Below, one piece after another: positions 37,502-47,395 of a stretch of DNA of 64,000 nucleotides. This DNA is from Actinomycetes bacterium (lineage in GTDB: Bacteria > Actinomycetota > Actinomycetes > JAHEKZ01). The position numbers and the translations under genes were made by a program. The notes below the pieces were generated by a model, which was given only the letters and a program-made list of their open reading frames with translations, was not told the origin of the DNA and made no database searches. Location: assembly GCA_024644345.1 (NCBI GenBank), contig JAHELE010000004.1, forward strand, positions 9,523 through 73,522, read 5' to 3'. The first letter of the stretch is position 1; each line of letters opens with the position of its first letter.

Positions 37502-38925
37502 CGTCGGAATCGACACCGCAGATGGCATCCCCCCTGGACGAGCTCGGGCGGGTGCATCTGATCGGCGTCGCTGGTGCCGGCATGTCAGCGCTGACCAGGA
37601 TGCTGTGTTCGCGCGGCGTTGTCGTCACTGGCAGTGAGCTGCGCGACTCGCGGATCGTGGCGTCCCTGCGTGCAGTCGGTGCGGTCATCCACTTCGGGCA
37701 GACCCCGGACTCGTTGCCCGACACCGACACGGTGATTGTCTCCACAGCGATCCGCGAGACGAACGCCGAGCTGGTGGCCGCACGCGAGCGGGGGCTTCGG
37801 GTACTGCACCGGGCCGAAGCGCTGGCCTACTGCATGCGTGGATACCGATCGGTGGTGGTGGCCGGTACCCATGGAAAGACGACGACGACGTCCATGGCAG
37901 CAGTCGCGCTCCAACACTGCGGGGCCGACCCCTCGTTCTACATCGGCGCCCAGCTGAACGAGACCGGCACCAATGCTCACGCTGGAACGGGCACCGTGTT
38001 CGTCGCGGAGTCCGACGAAAGTGACGGGTCGTTCCTCGTGCTCGAGCCCCAGATTGCCGTCGTGACGAACGTCGAGGCCGATCACCTCGACTACTGGGGG
38101 GACGCCGCGTCTGTCGAGGCAGGGTTCTGTGAGTTCGTGTCACGCGTGCCGCAGGACGGCACGGTGATCGCCTGCGCAGACGACGCAGGGGCGGCGCGAG
38201 TGGCCGAGTACGCCAGGACTGAGGGGTGTCACGTCATCACGTACGGAACGCACGACGATGCCGACATCCGGATCACCGATGTCGAGCTCGACAGCAGTGG
38301 GGCGTGGTTCCAGCCGGTCGTGAAGGGGCGCCGTCTGCCGGACGTCTCACTGAAGATCGTGGGAATGCACAACGTGCTGAACGCGACGGCTGCCCTTGCT
38401 GTTGCGCTCGAAGTCGGGGTCGGGGTTCCTGACGCCGTTGAAGGACTGGCGCTCTACAGCGGAGCACGTCGGCGCTTCGAGTTCAAGGGCGAGGCTGACG
38501 GCGTGCGGGTCTACGACGACTACGCGCATCACCACACCGAGCTGCGGGCCACCCTGACCGCCGCTCGGCAGATCGCCGGGGGAGGCCGCATCATCGTTGC
38601 CTTTCAGCCGCTGAGATTCACCCGAACCGCCGAGTTCCATCGTGAGCTGGGCGAGGCCCTCGGACTGGCCGACGACGTCGTCGTCATGGAGGTCTACGGC
38701 TCGAACGAGGAGCCCATTCCCGGAGCGACGGGTGCGTTGGTTGCCGCCGGCGTGCCGCTCCCAGCCGAGCACGTGGCCTTCGAGCCGTCGTTCTCGGCGG
38801 TCCCTGGCTGGCTCGTGTCGCGGGCCCAGCCAGGAGACCTGGTTCTGACGCTCGGCGACGGCATTGTCACCACGTTGGGACCTGAGATCGTCGAGCTTCT
38901 CCGCCATCGAGGTGAGCTGTCGTGA
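37498..38925 (+). CDS. murC: UDP-N-acetylmuramate--L-alanine ligase
   Basis: 475 aa. GVAGAGMSAL Rossmann-like region and GTHGKTTTTSM P-loop. ATGA overlap with murG. Confidence 0.9.
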   Translation: MTSESTPQMASPLDELGRVHLIGVAGAGMSALTRMLCSRGVVVTGSELRDSRIVASLRAVGAVIHFGQTPDSLPDTDTVIVSTAIRETNAELVAARERGLRVLHRAEALAYCMRGYRSVVVAGTHGKTTTTSMAAVALQHCGADPSFYIGAQLNETGTNAHAGTGTVFVAESDESDGSFLVLEPQIAVVTNVEADHLDYWGDAASVEAGFCEFVSRVPQDGTVIACADDAGAARVAEYARTEGCHVITYGTHDDADIRITDVELDSSGAWFQPVVKGRRLPDVSLKIVGMHNVLNATAALAVALEVGVGVPDAVEGLALYSGARRRFEFKGEADGVRVYDDYAHHHTELRATLTAARQIAGGGRIIVAFQPLRFTRTAEFHRELGEALGLADDVVVMEVYGSNEEPIPGATGALVAAGVPLPAEHVAFEPSFSAVPGWLVSRAQPGDLVLTLGDGIVTTLGPEIVELLRHRGELS

Positions 38926-39650
38926 GCGCGCTCGCCAGGCGCTGGGTGCGCAGCCCCTGGGCGTGGGCGGCGCTGGCCGTGCTTCTCACCGCCGGCCTGG
39001 TGGCCACGCTGCGTTTCGCCCCGATCTTCCGGGTCGAGCACGTCGATGTCGTCGGCAACAGCCAGGTCTCATCCGATGAGGTGATGTCGGCAGCGCAGGT
39101 CTCCGACACCGCCGCCCTTCTTGCCCTGCCGGTTGACGAGATCGAGTCACGCGTGGAGTCCTTGGACGCGGTCGCCTCGGCCCGTGTGATCCGCGACTGG
39201 CCGAATCGTGTACGGATCGTTGTGCGTGAGCGTCGACCGGTGGGCTACGTCAGGTCCACGAGTTCGGTTCTGATCGTTGGCTCCGACGGTTCGCTGTACC
39301 GGGAAGAGTCCAAGGCGCCACGCAATGTTCCCGAGATCGGCGCTGAAGGGACAACCTCGCTCGGCCTGGGTGATGACTATCTCGACGCTGCGACCGACAC
39401 CCAACAAGCGATGTTCGATGTGGCGTCGGCGTTGCCCGGGAAGCTGCTGCATGCGGTGACCAAGGTGACAGCGACCGGGTCGCTCACAGTTCAGCTGACC
39501 TTCGCCAACGGTGTGGTCGTGGAGTGGGGATCGTCTGGTGCGGCGTCGCAGAAGGCGGCGGTGGTCGGGGCCCTGCGTGGTCGCGATGGCTGGGGTACGA
39601 GGTTCACCGTCGTCGACGTGAGTGCTCCTGAAGCACCGGCCTGGCGATGA
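38922..39650 (+). CDS. ftsQ: cell division protein FtsQ (POTRA domain)
   Basis: 242 aa. N-terminal TM then POTRA (FRVEHVDVVGNSQVSSDEV). GTGA overlap with murC. Confidence 0.75.
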   Translation: MSALARRWVRSPWAWAALAVLLTAGLVATLRFAPIFRVEHVDVVGNSQVSSDEVMSAAQVSDTAALLALPVDEIESRVESLDAVASARVIRDWPNRVRIVVRERRPVGYVRSTSSVLIVGSDGSLYREESKAPRNVPEIGAEGTTSLGLGDDYLDAATDTQQAMFDVASALPGKLLHAVTKVTATGSLTVQLTFANGVVVEWGSSGAASQKAAVVGALRGRDGWGTRFTVVDVSAPEAPAWR

Positions 39651-39832
39651 GCGGTCGGCGAGTGCGTGCACGACACGATCAGTGATGCGACACGCCGCCT
39701 AGTTGACGATCCTGACGCACCTCCCGTACGTTGCTCGCGTCCCTGAAGTTGACATAACGTTAGATGTCTACTAAAGGGTGAGACTTGCCCCACTCGATGG
39801 GTGGGCGCTACGAGAGAGGCATCACAAGGACC

Positions 39833-41014
39833 ATGGCAGCTCCGCAGAACTACCTCGCCGTCATCAAGGTCGTGGGTATCGGCGGTGGTGGTGTCAATGC
39901 CATCAACCGGATGATCGAAGTCGGGCTCAAAGGTGTGGAGTTCATCGCCATCAACACCGACGCGCAGGCCCTGCTGATGAGTGATGCCGACGTCAAGCTC
40001 GACATCGGACGAGAGCTCACCCGAGGCCTCGGTGCAGGCGCTGACCCCGAGGTGGGTCGTCGGGCCGCAGAAGACCACCGCAGCGAGATCGAAGAGGTCC
40101 TCAAGGGCGCTGACATGGTGTTCGTCACGGCCGGTGAAGGTGGTGGCACCGGCACCGGGGGAGCTCCGGTCGTGGCAGAGGTGGCTCGTGCCATCGGTGC
40201 CCTGACCATCGGTGTGGTCACCCGTCCCTTCGGCTTCGAAGGCAGGCGTCGTGCGGTGCAGGCAGACACCGGCATCGACGAGCTTCGCTCGGAGGTCGAC
40301 ACTCTCATCGTCATCCCGAACGACCGGCTGCTGTCGATCAGCGACCGGGCCGTCAGCGTGCTCGACGCGTTCAAGTCGGCCGACCACGTCCTGATGTCTG
40401 GAGTACAGGGAATCACCGACCTCATCACGACACCGGGTCTGATCAATCTCGACTTCGCCGACGTCAAGTCGGTCATGCAGGGCGCCGGCACCGCTCTGAT
40501 GGGTATCGGCAACGCTCGCGGAGACGACCGTGCGATCGCAGCGGCCGAGACGGCCATCTCCAGCCCATTGCTCGAGGCATCGATCGACGGTGCTCGCGGC
40601 GTCTTGCTCTCGGTCTCCGGGGGCTCAGACCTCGGGTTGTTCGAGATCAATGAGGCAGCCCGGATGGTCGCCGAGTCTGCCCACCCCGAGGCCAACATCA
40701 TCTTCGGGGCCGTCATCGACGATGCACTCGGCGACGAGGTGCGCGTCACGGTCATCGCTGCCGGCTTTGATGGCGGGCAGCCGGGCAAGGCCCACGTGGC
40801 AACGCGCCAGGTCGACGAGGTCCCGGTGTCGGACGCTCTTGGTCGGGCATCGGCGAACGACGGAGCGGCTGAGCAGGGTGCGGCCACCGAAGAGCCGGAG
40901 TCGACCGAAGGCAACGACCAGTACATCGAGCTGCCCGAGCGCAAGGCGCCGCGGACGATCGTCTTCGACGACTCCACGAGCGACGACCTGGATGTCCCCG
41001 ACTTCTTGAAGTAG
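39833..41014 (+). CDS. ftsZ: cell division GTPase FtsZ
   Basis: ORF track starts at TTG 39785. The start was chosen at ATG 39833 ([20 protein letters not shown]..), which matches the mycobacterial FtsZ N-terminus and has an AAGGA RBS 4 nt upstream. Tubulin signature GGGTGTG is present. Confidence 0.9.
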   Translation: MAAPQNYLAVIKVVGIGGGGVNAINRMIEVGLKGVEFIAINTDAQALLMSDADVKLDIGRELTRGLGAGADPEVGRRAAEDHRSEIEEVLKGADMVFVTAGEGGGTGTGGAPVVAEVARAIGALTIGVVTRPFGFEGRRRAVQADTGIDELRSEVDTLIVIPNDRLLSISDRAVSVLDAFKSADHVLMSGVQGITDLITTPGLINLDFADVKSVMQGAGTALMGIGNARGDDRAIAAAETAISSPLLEASIDGARGVLLSVSGGSDLGLFEINEAARMVAESAHPEANIIFGAVIDDALGDEVRVTVIAAGFDGGQPGKAHVATRQVDEVPVSDALGRASANDGAAEQGAATEEPESTEGNDQYIELPERKAPRTIVFDDSTSDDLDVPDFLK

Positions 41015-41016
41015 TC

Positions 41017-41727
41017 GTGGTCACCGACTCGCGACGTGGCGAGATCGCCGCGGGGCTCGAGGCGGCAAGGGTCCGCGTCGCCGAAGCTGAGCGAGCCGCT
41101 GGTCGTGCGGTCGGATCAGTTGAACTGGTGGTGGTCACCAAGACGTTCCCGGCCGACGAGGTGGCGGTGCTCGCGGACCTGGGCGTGACTCACGTCGGTG
41201 AGAACCGTGACCAGGAGGCAGCCCCCAAGGCGCAGGCGCTTCGGGGTCTGGGCTTGGTCTGGCACTTCATCGGCCAGCTGCAGACCAACAAAGTGCGTTC
41301 GGTGGTCGACTACGCCGACGTCGTCGAGTCGGTTGATCGGATCAAGCTCGTTCGGGCCCTCAGCCGGGCGGCCTCCGCAGTGCGTCCGGTCGGAGCCCCC
41401 TTGACCTGCCTGGTGCAGGTATGCCTGGACGACCAGCCCGGCCGAGGCGGTGCCGCCCCCGAGCAGGTGGCTGACATCGCCAGCGAGATCGTCGCCAGTC
41501 CGAACCTGGCTCTGGGCGGTCTGATGGCCGTTGCCCCCCTGCACGAAGACCCAAACCGGGCGTTCGGCCGGCTCGCCGAGCTGGCGCGGGCCACGGTGGC
41601 CGACCATCCGAGCGCCCGAACCGTGTCGGCGGGGATGAGCGGCGACCTCGAGGCCGCCGTGCGCCACGGCGCGACACAAGTGCGACTTGGTAGCGCGGTA
41701 CTCGGGTACCGGCCCCCCGTCGGGTAG
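41017..41727 (+). CDS. YggS-family pyridoxal-phosphate homeostasis protein
   Basis: 236 aa. Alanine-racemase-N-like barrel with the PLP Lys in ..VVVTKTF.. and the typical HFIGQLQTNK motif. GTG start 2 nt after the ftsZ stop. No pgeF/yfiH gene lies between ftsZ and this gene. Confidence 0.8.
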   Translation: MVTDSRRGEIAAGLEAARVRVAEAERAAGRAVGSVELVVVTKTFPADEVAVLADLGVTHVGENRDQEAAPKAQALRGLGLVWHFIGQLQTNKVRSVVDYADVVESVDRIKLVRALSRAASAVRPVGAPLTCLVQVCLDDQPGRGGAAPEQVADIASEIVASPNLALGGLMAVAPLHEDPNRAFGRLAELARATVADHPSARTVSAGMSGDLEAAVRHGATQVRLGSAVLGYRPPVG

Positions 41728-41790
41728 CGTTTGCCCGACGGCTCGAGCTCCTACAGGCGACCGCACCACCACAGACGAAAGGGTCAGGCG

Positions 41791-42261
41791 ATGGCCGGCG
41801 CGATGCGCAAGATGGCGGTCTATCTCGGACTGGTCGAGAACGAGGACCAGTACGACGAGTACGACAGCTATGACCGTGACCACGAGGACCGAACCCGCCA
41901 GCTGCGTGCTGTTCGGGACGACGAGCCTGCTCCGAGCCGGCCCATGACCCCGTCGCCACGCGCGGCTGCTCCCGGGGCGTCCCCCTCCCGGATCACGACT
42001 CTGCACCCCCGCACCTACAACGACGCCAGGGCGATCGGCGAGCAGTTCCGCGACGGCACCCCTGTCATCATGAACCTGACCGAGATGGACGACGGCGACG
42101 CCAAGAGAATCGTCGACTTCTCCGCCGGTCTGGTCTTCGGGCTGCACGGGACCATCGAGCGAGTGACCCAGAAGGTCTTCCTGCTCTCACCCGCCAACGT
42201 GGTGGTGACCGCCGAAGAGAAGGAGCAGCTGGCTCAAGGCGGATTCTTCAACCAGAGCTAG
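41791..42261 (+). CDS. sepF: cell division protein SepF
   Basis: ORF track 41731..42261. The ATG at 41791 ([16 protein letters not shown]..) has an AAAGGG RBS. The conserved C-terminal SepF domain is present ([36 protein letters not shown]). Confidence 0.8.
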   Translation: MAGAMRKMAVYLGLVENEDQYDEYDSYDRDHEDRTRQLRAVRDDEPAPSRPMTPSPRAAAPGASPSRITTLHPRTYNDARAIGEQFRDGTPVIMNLTEMDDGDAKRIVDFSAGLVFGLHGTIERVTQKVFLLSPANVVVTAEEKEQLAQGGFFNQS

Positions 42262-42277
42262 TTGACCGTCTCTCGCC

Positions 42278-42577
42278 ATGTCCATCGTCTTCGAGCTGGT
42301 CCTCCTTGTTCTGTGGCTCTTCCTGCTGACCCTGATCGCCCGCGTGGTGATCGACCTGCTGCAGATCTTCGCCCGTGACTTCCGACCAGGTGGTCTGGTT
42401 CTCGTGCTCTTCGAGGTGGTCTTCACGATCACCGATCCACCGCTGAAGGCGCTGCGTCGTTTCATCCCACCGGTACGTATCGGAGCGGTCGCCTTCGACC
42501 TCGCCATCCTCGTTCTCTTCATCGGGACCCAGGTGCTAATCGCCGTGGTGAGCGGGTTGGCCACCCGAACTGGATAA
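42278..42577 (+). CDS. YggT-family membrane protein
   Basis: 99 aa with 2 TM. It has the canonical position between sepF and divIVA. Confidence 0.75.
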   Translation: MSIVFELVLLVLWLFLLTLIARVVIDLLQIFARDFRPGGLVLVLFEVVFTITDPPLKALRRFIPPVRIGAVAFDLAILVLFIGTQVLIAVVSGLATRTG

Positions 42578-42667
42578 CTCACCTGGCTGCCAGGCGCGGT
42601 GCGAAGTAGTGCCTGTGACGGGAGGGGCGCTAGTGTTCTGTGTGACCTGAACGTTTGAGGAGAACTA

Positions 42668-43540
42668 ATGCCGCTGACTGCCGAAGACGTCCAGAACGTC
42701 CTCTTCCAGACATCGAAGAAGCGCAACGCTGGATATGACGAGGACGAGGTCGATGCTTTCCTCGACCAGGTGGCGGCAGAGCTCAGTCGGCTGACTGCCG
42801 AGAACGACTCGCTGCGTGCTCAGCTGGCCACCCGGCCGCCGGCCGGTGCCACGCCGGCTCCGGTTGCGGCAGCTCCGGTTGCGGCAGCGCCGGTTGTGGC
42901 AGCTCCGGTTGCACCGTCGTCGGGGGCCGAGCAGGCGGCGCGCGTCCTGGCGGCGGCCGAACGGACCGCCGACGACGTCGTGGCCTCGGCCCGATCGGAG
43001 GCCGACACCATGCTGGCCACCGCACGCAGCAAGGTGGAGAACGCCGAACGGGACGCTGCGGCCAAACACCAGGCCGCGATGGCCTCGCTGGTCGGCGAAC
43101 GATCGGCGCTGGAAAAGCAGGTCGACGAGCTTCGATCCTTCGAACGTGAGTACCGGACCCGCTTGAAGTCCTACCTCGAACAGCAGCTTCGCGAACTCAG
43201 CGCCCGCAGCGAGGGGTCGGGTCCCTCGCCGTCGGCCGCACCCGCCTCACCGCCACCAAGGCCGGCCGCTAGCGCAGTGCCTCCGACTCCGGCCCAGCCA
43301 GCGCAAGCCCAGCCAGCGCAAGCCCAGCCAGCGCAGGCCCAGCCGGCCCAGGCCCAGCCGGCCCAGGCACCTCCGGCCCAGCCAGCGCAGGCCCAGCCGG
43401 CACAAGCACCTCCGGCCCAGCCGCGTCAGGCTCCCGCTCCTCAGCAGGCGCCACCTCAGCAGGCGCCAGCACGTCCGGCTCAGGCATCCCCACCGAGCTC
43501 GCCCCCGAGCTCGCCTCCGAGCTCGCCCCCGCGTCCCTAG
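42668..43540 (+). CDS. divIVA: DivIVA/Wag31 polar scaffold protein
   Basis: 290 aa. The N-terminal DivIVA lipid-binding domain is present (MPLTAEDVQNVLFQTSKKRNAGYDEDEVDAFLDQV). A GAGGAG RBS lies upstream. The C-terminal half is a low-complexity PAQAQ/PPSS repeat tail. Confidence 0.85.
   Translation: MPLTAEDVQNVLFQTSKKRNAGYDEDEVDAFLDQVAAELSRLTAENDSLRAQLATRPPAGATPAPVAAAPVAAAPVVAAPVAPSSGAEQAARVLAAAERTADDVVASARSEADTMLATARSKVENAERDAAAKHQAAMASLVGERSALEKQVDELRSFEREYRTRLKSYLEQQLRELSARSEGSGPSPSAAPASPPPRPAASAVPPTPAQPAQAQPAQAQPAQAQPAQAQPAQAPPAQPAQAQPAQAPPAQPRQAPAPQQAPPQQAPARPAQASPPSSPPSSPPSSPPRP
43292..43366 (+). repeat. tandem 15-bp repeats (gcccagccagcgcaa x3 then gcccagccggcccag x2) inside divIVA, encoding (AQPAQ)n
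   Basis: Directly visible tandem periodicity in the coding sequence. Confidence 0.6.
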
Positions 43541-43552
43541 GGCAGCTTCTCG

Positions 43553-43600
43553 TCAACAGACCGCGACCCCGGCCGATCGGCCGGGGTCGCGGTCTGTTGA
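43553..43600. terminator. 48-nt perfect palindrome between convergent divIVA and the 43623..44138 gene; candidate bidirectional terminator hairpin
   Basis: tcaacagaccgcgaccccggccGATCggccggggtcgcggtctgttga gives a 22-bp GC-rich stem. It is 12 nt after the divIVA stop and 22 nt after the minus-strand gene stop. The U-tract is weak. Confidence 0.5.
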
Positions 43601-43622
43601 TCTGTAGGCGGTGCGCCGACGG

Positions 43623-44138
43623 TCAGATGCGACGACGGAAGGGGTCACGCGGGGGTGGCGCCGGCATCGAGATCCGGGCACCGTCGATGGGGATCCCGGT
43701 CAGTCCGAGCACCTTGGTGAGCACCGAAAGCGTGGTTTCGCCGCTGGCGATCCCGTTCTCGGTCACCATGGCTCGGTAGATTGTCACGTAGTGCTTCACG
43801 GGTGTGTCGTAGGTCCAGTCGACCGAACCGAGGTGAACCGACTCACCGGGACCCTGCTCAGGGCTTAGCCACGGGCGGTCCCACACCTGAATTCCCGTCG
43901 GGCTGACGCAGAATATGCCGCCCATGGTGATGTCGTGCTGCTTGGCGGTCTCGATCAGCTGGCGGCTCTCACGCTCGGCCAGGACGAGTGCGGGACGAAC
44001 GTTGCTGGCGAGCGCAGGGACAGCTACGGCGTTGGCCTTCAACCGGACCTGCGGAATTGTGCTGGGGGTCGAGGCGGCGATTGGTTGCACCATGGCATCC
44101 TCCGTGTGCGGCCGTCCGCGGTGCCGCGGGTGCGACAT
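43623..44138 (-). CDS. hypothetical protein (no family recognised)
   Basis: 171-aa ORF downstream of ileS on the same strand. The alternative start at ATG 44093 (MVQPIAAS..) gives 156 aa. Third-position GC is lower than in the neighbours. No motif was recognised. Confidence 0.45.
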   Translation of the reverse strand: MSHPRHRGRPHTEDAMVQPIAASTPSTIPQVRLKANAVAVPALASNVRPALVLAERESRQLIETAKQHDITMGGIFCVSPTGIQVWDRPWLSPEQGPGESVHLGSVDWTYDTPVKHYVTIYRAMVTENGIASGETTLSVLTKVLGLTGIPIDGARISMPAPPPRDPFRRRI

Positions 44139-44257
44139 CCGTTGATTGGGTATCGGCTCGTTGCCCCCCAGGGTTGGTTACTCCATTCGGGTGATTTGCG
44201 TAACGCCGCCCCGACGGACGATCAAGACGCACCAGTTTCGACCGAGTCGCCTGGGTC

Positions 44258-47200
44258 TCACGCCCGAGCAAGGGTGAAGACCAGACCCGAGTCGTCATGG
44301 AAGGGTGCGGGCGACGTCTGGTCGGCGTCGAGCCCTTCGGTGAACGTCGTGGCGAGCACCTCGGCCGCGATCACGTCGCTGTGCTCGACGATGGCCTCTC
44401 TGAGCTCGTCGAGGGCCGACCAGTGCACCTCGATGCGATCGGAGACGTCGAACCCGGAGGTCTTCCTGGCCTCCTGCACCTGGCGGACGACATCGCGCGC
44501 CAGTCCCAGGCGGCGCAAGTGAGGGGTCAAGGTCAGATCAAGGGCGATGCTCTCGCCGGCGTCGTGGTGCACCGCCCATCCCTCCCTCGGGGTTTCCGTC
44601 AGCACCACCTCGTCGGGTTCGATGATCACCGGGTCGCCGTCGACGACTACCTCCGCCCGTCCGGTCAGGGACAGGGCCGCCTGCAGTGCGTGTGGATCAG
44701 CTGAGGCAACGGCTGCCGCGACGGCCGGCGTCTGTTTGCCAAACCGTTTGCCGAGTGCCCGGTAGTTGGCCTTGGCCGTCACTGAGACCAGCTCGTCCTC
44801 GGCAGCGCCGAGAGGCTCGATCTGGAGCACATTCAGCTCGGCCGACAGCTCGGCGGCAAGCGTGGGATCGACGCGATCCCAGTTAGGTGCCGACACCAGC
44901 GCGCGTCCGAGCGGTTGGCGGGTCTTGACCCCGGATGTCGCGCGCGCCGCACGCCCGAGCTCGACCAGGCGCTTGACCTGACTCATCTGGTCGGTGAGCG
45001 CAGCGTCGACCTGGGTCTGGTCGTAGGTCGGCCAGTCCGCCAGGTGGACAGAGTCGGGGGCACCCTCGGCAGTCGGTCGGACGAGGTCCTGCCACACCCG
45101 TTCGGTGATGAACGGAGTCAGGGGAGCCATGACCAGCGTGAGGGCGGTCAGGGCCTCGTGCAGTGTCGTGAGCGCGGAGTCGTCCCCGTCCCAGAAACGG
45201 CGCCGTGAACGTCGCACGTACCAGTTGGACAGCTCGTCGACGAAGGTGGAGATCTGCGCTCCCGCGCCGGCCGCGTCGTATCCGTCCAACGCGTCGTCGA
45301 CCGACCTGATCAGTTGGTGGGTTCGCGAGCTGAGCCAGCGGTCCATGGCCGGACGGTCCGCGACGGCGAGAGGTGTTGGCGACGGAGTCCAGCCGGCTAG
45401 ACGTGCGTACAGCGCCTGGAAGGACACCGTGTTCCAGTAGGTGAGCAGTGTCTTGCGGACGACCTCTTGGATGGACTCGTGGCTGACCCGCCGGGCCGAC
45501 CACGGCGAGCCGCTGGCCAGCATGAACCAGCGGACGGCGTCGGCACCGTGCTGCTCCATCAGGGGCATGGGGGCGAGCACGTTGCCCAGGTGCTTGCTCA
45601 TCTTGCGACCGTCCTTGTCGAGGATGTGACCGAGGCACAGGACGGTTCGGTAGGACGACTGGTCGAAGACGAGAGTTCCCACCGTCATCAGGGTGTAGAA
45701 CCACCCACGGGTCTGGTCGATTGCCTCGCAGATGTAGTCGGCCGGGTACTGGGCCCGAAAGTCTTCCTCGGTCTGGATGTGGGGGTAGCCCCACTGTGCG
45801 AAGGGCATGCAGCCGGAGTCGAACCAGCCGTCGATCACCTCGGGCACCCGATGTGCGGTTTCGCCGCAGTCGGGGCAGGGCAGCGAGACCTCGTCGACGA
45901 ATGGCCGGTGGGGATCCATGTCGTGCACCGGCTCACCGGCAAGCTCGGCGAGCTCGGCTCGTGATCCGACCACGGTCAGGTGGTCAGACGGGCAGCGCCA
46001 GATCGGAAGTGGAGTACCCCAGTACCGGCTGCGGGAAAGCGCCCAGTCGATGTTGTTCTCGAGCCAGTCACCGTAGCGGCCGTGCTTGATCGACTCAGGG
46101 TGCCACGTGGTCGCCTCGTTCTGCGCGATCAGCTGGTCCTTGATCGCGGTCGTTCGGATGTACCAGGAGGGCTGTGCGTAGTACATGAGCGGCGTGTGGC
46201 ACCGCCAGCAGTGCGGATAGGTGTGCTCGTACGGCAGGTGGGCGAAGAGCAGACCGCGATCGTCCAGGTCGGCGACCAACGACTCGTCCGCCTTCTTGAA
46301 GAAGACGCCGCCGACCAGTCCGACGTCGGGCCCGAAATGGCCGTTGGCCAGCACCGGGTTGACGACCGGGAGACCGTTTGCCCTTCCGACCGCGAGGTCG
46401 TCGGGTCCGAACGCCGGCGCCAGGTGCACCAAGCCTGTTCCATCGGTGACGGTGACGTAGTCAGCGGGCAGGACCGTGTGAATCGGACCGTCGTCAGGGA
46501 TCGGCGTCAGGTCGAACGGGGCCTGGTAGCTGGTTCCGACCAGATCGGCCCCAGAGAGCCGGCTCACCACGGTCGCGGCATCGCCCAGCGCGGAGGCAAG
46601 CAGGGGTTCGGCGACGACGAGCAGCTCGCCGTCCGAGGTTCGGGCGAGCACGTAGTCGACGTCCGGGTGAACAGCCACCGCAGTGTTGGACACCAGGGTC
46701 CAGGGCGTCGTGGTCCACACCAGCAGGGAGGCGTCCCGGTCGGCCAGAGGTCCACCCGTCACCGGCAGACGCACGTAGACCGACGGGTCGACCACTGTCT
46801 CGTACCCCTGCGCGAGCTCGTGGTCGGAGAGCCCGGTCCCGCAGCGTGGGCAGTAGGGCGCGACCCGGTGGTCCTGAACCAGCAGGCCCTTCCCGTGGAT
46901 CTGCTTGAGTGCCCACCAAAGACTGTCGACATAGCCCGGGTCCATCGTCCAGTAGGCCCGGTCGGTGTCGACCCAGTAACCCATCCGTTCGGTCATCTGC
47001 TCGAACTCGTCGACGTGGCGTAGCACCGACTCGCGGCACTTGGCGTTGAACTCGGCCACGCCGAACGTCTCGATGTCCTGCTTGCCCGAGAAGCCGAGTT
47101 CCTTCTCGACGGCGATCTCAACGGGGAGACCGTGGCAGTCCCAGCCCGCCTTGCGCGGCACCTGGAAGCCCTTCATCGTGCGATACCGGGGGAAGACGTC

Positions 47201-47395
47201 CTTGAAGACGCGAGCTTCGATGTGGTGTGTGCCGGGGGTGCCGTTCGCGGTCGGAGGACCCTCGTAGAACACCCAGAGTGGAGCGTCGGCCCGTTGCTCG
47301 AGGCTCCGGTGGAAGGTGTCCTGCTCCTGCCACAGCGCGAGCACGTCGTGCTCGAGCGCTGGCAGGTCGACCTGCGGTGGGACCTCGCGGTACAT
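44258..47395 (-). CDS. ileS: isoleucine--tRNA ligase
   Basis: 1045 aa. HIGH-type motif region (PPTANGTPGTHH), KMSKS (KMSKHLGN) and a class I editing domain. GGAG SD before the ATG. Confidence 0.95.
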   Translation of the reverse strand: MYREVPPQVDLPALEHDVLALWQEQDTFHRSLEQRADAPLWVFYEGPPTANGTPGTHHIEARVFKDVFPRYRTMKGFQVPRKAGWDCHGLPVEIAVEKELGFSGKQDIETFGVAEFNAKCRESVLRHVDEFEQMTERMGYWVDTDRAYWTMDPGYVDSLWWALKQIHGKGLLVQDHRVAPYCPRCGTGLSDHELAQGYETVVDPSVYVRLPVTGGPLADRDASLLVWTTTPWTLVSNTAVAVHPDVDYVLARTSDGELLVVAEPLLASALGDAATVVSRLSGADLVGTSYQAPFDLTPIPDDGPIHTVLPADYVTVTDGTGLVHLAPAFGPDDLAVGRANGLPVVNPVLANGHFGPDVGLVGGVFFKKADESLVADLDDRGLLFAHLPYEHTYPHCWRCHTPLMYYAQPSWYIRTTAIKDQLIAQNEATTWHPESIKHGRYGDWLENNIDWALSRSRYWGTPLPIWRCPSDHLTVVGSRAELAELAGEPVHDMDPHRPFVDEVSLPCPDCGETAHRVPEVIDGWFDSGCMPFAQWGYPHIQTEEDFRAQYPADYICEAIDQTRGWFYTLMTVGTLVFDQSSYRTVLCLGHILDKDGRKMSKHLGNVLAPMPLMEQHGADAVRWFMLASGSPWSARRVSHESIQEVVRKTLLTYWNTVSFQALYARLAGWTPSPTPLAVADRPAMDRWLSSRTHQLIRSVDDALDGYDAAGAGAQISTFVDELSNWYVRRSRRRFWDGDDSALTTLHEALTALTLVMAPLTPFITERVWQDLVRPTAEGAPDSVHLADWPTYDQTQVDAALTDQMSQVKRLVELGRAARATSGVKTRQPLGRALVSAPNWDRVDPTLAAELSAELNVLQIEPLGAAEDELVSVTAKANYRALGKRFGKQTPAVAAAVASADPHALQAALSLTGRAEVVVDGDPVIIEPDEVVLTETPREGWAVHHDAGESIALDLTLTPHLRRLGLARDVVRQVQEARKTSGFDVSDRIEVHWSALDELREAIVEHSDVIAAEVLATTFTEGLDADQTSPAPFHDDSGLVFTLARA

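Noticed and set aside
39785-39832. TTG/ATG upstream starts for ftsZ (39785, 39797)
   Set aside because: ATG 39833 reproduces the conserved actinobacterial FtsZ N-terminus (M[14 protein letters not shown]) and has an AAGGA RBS.
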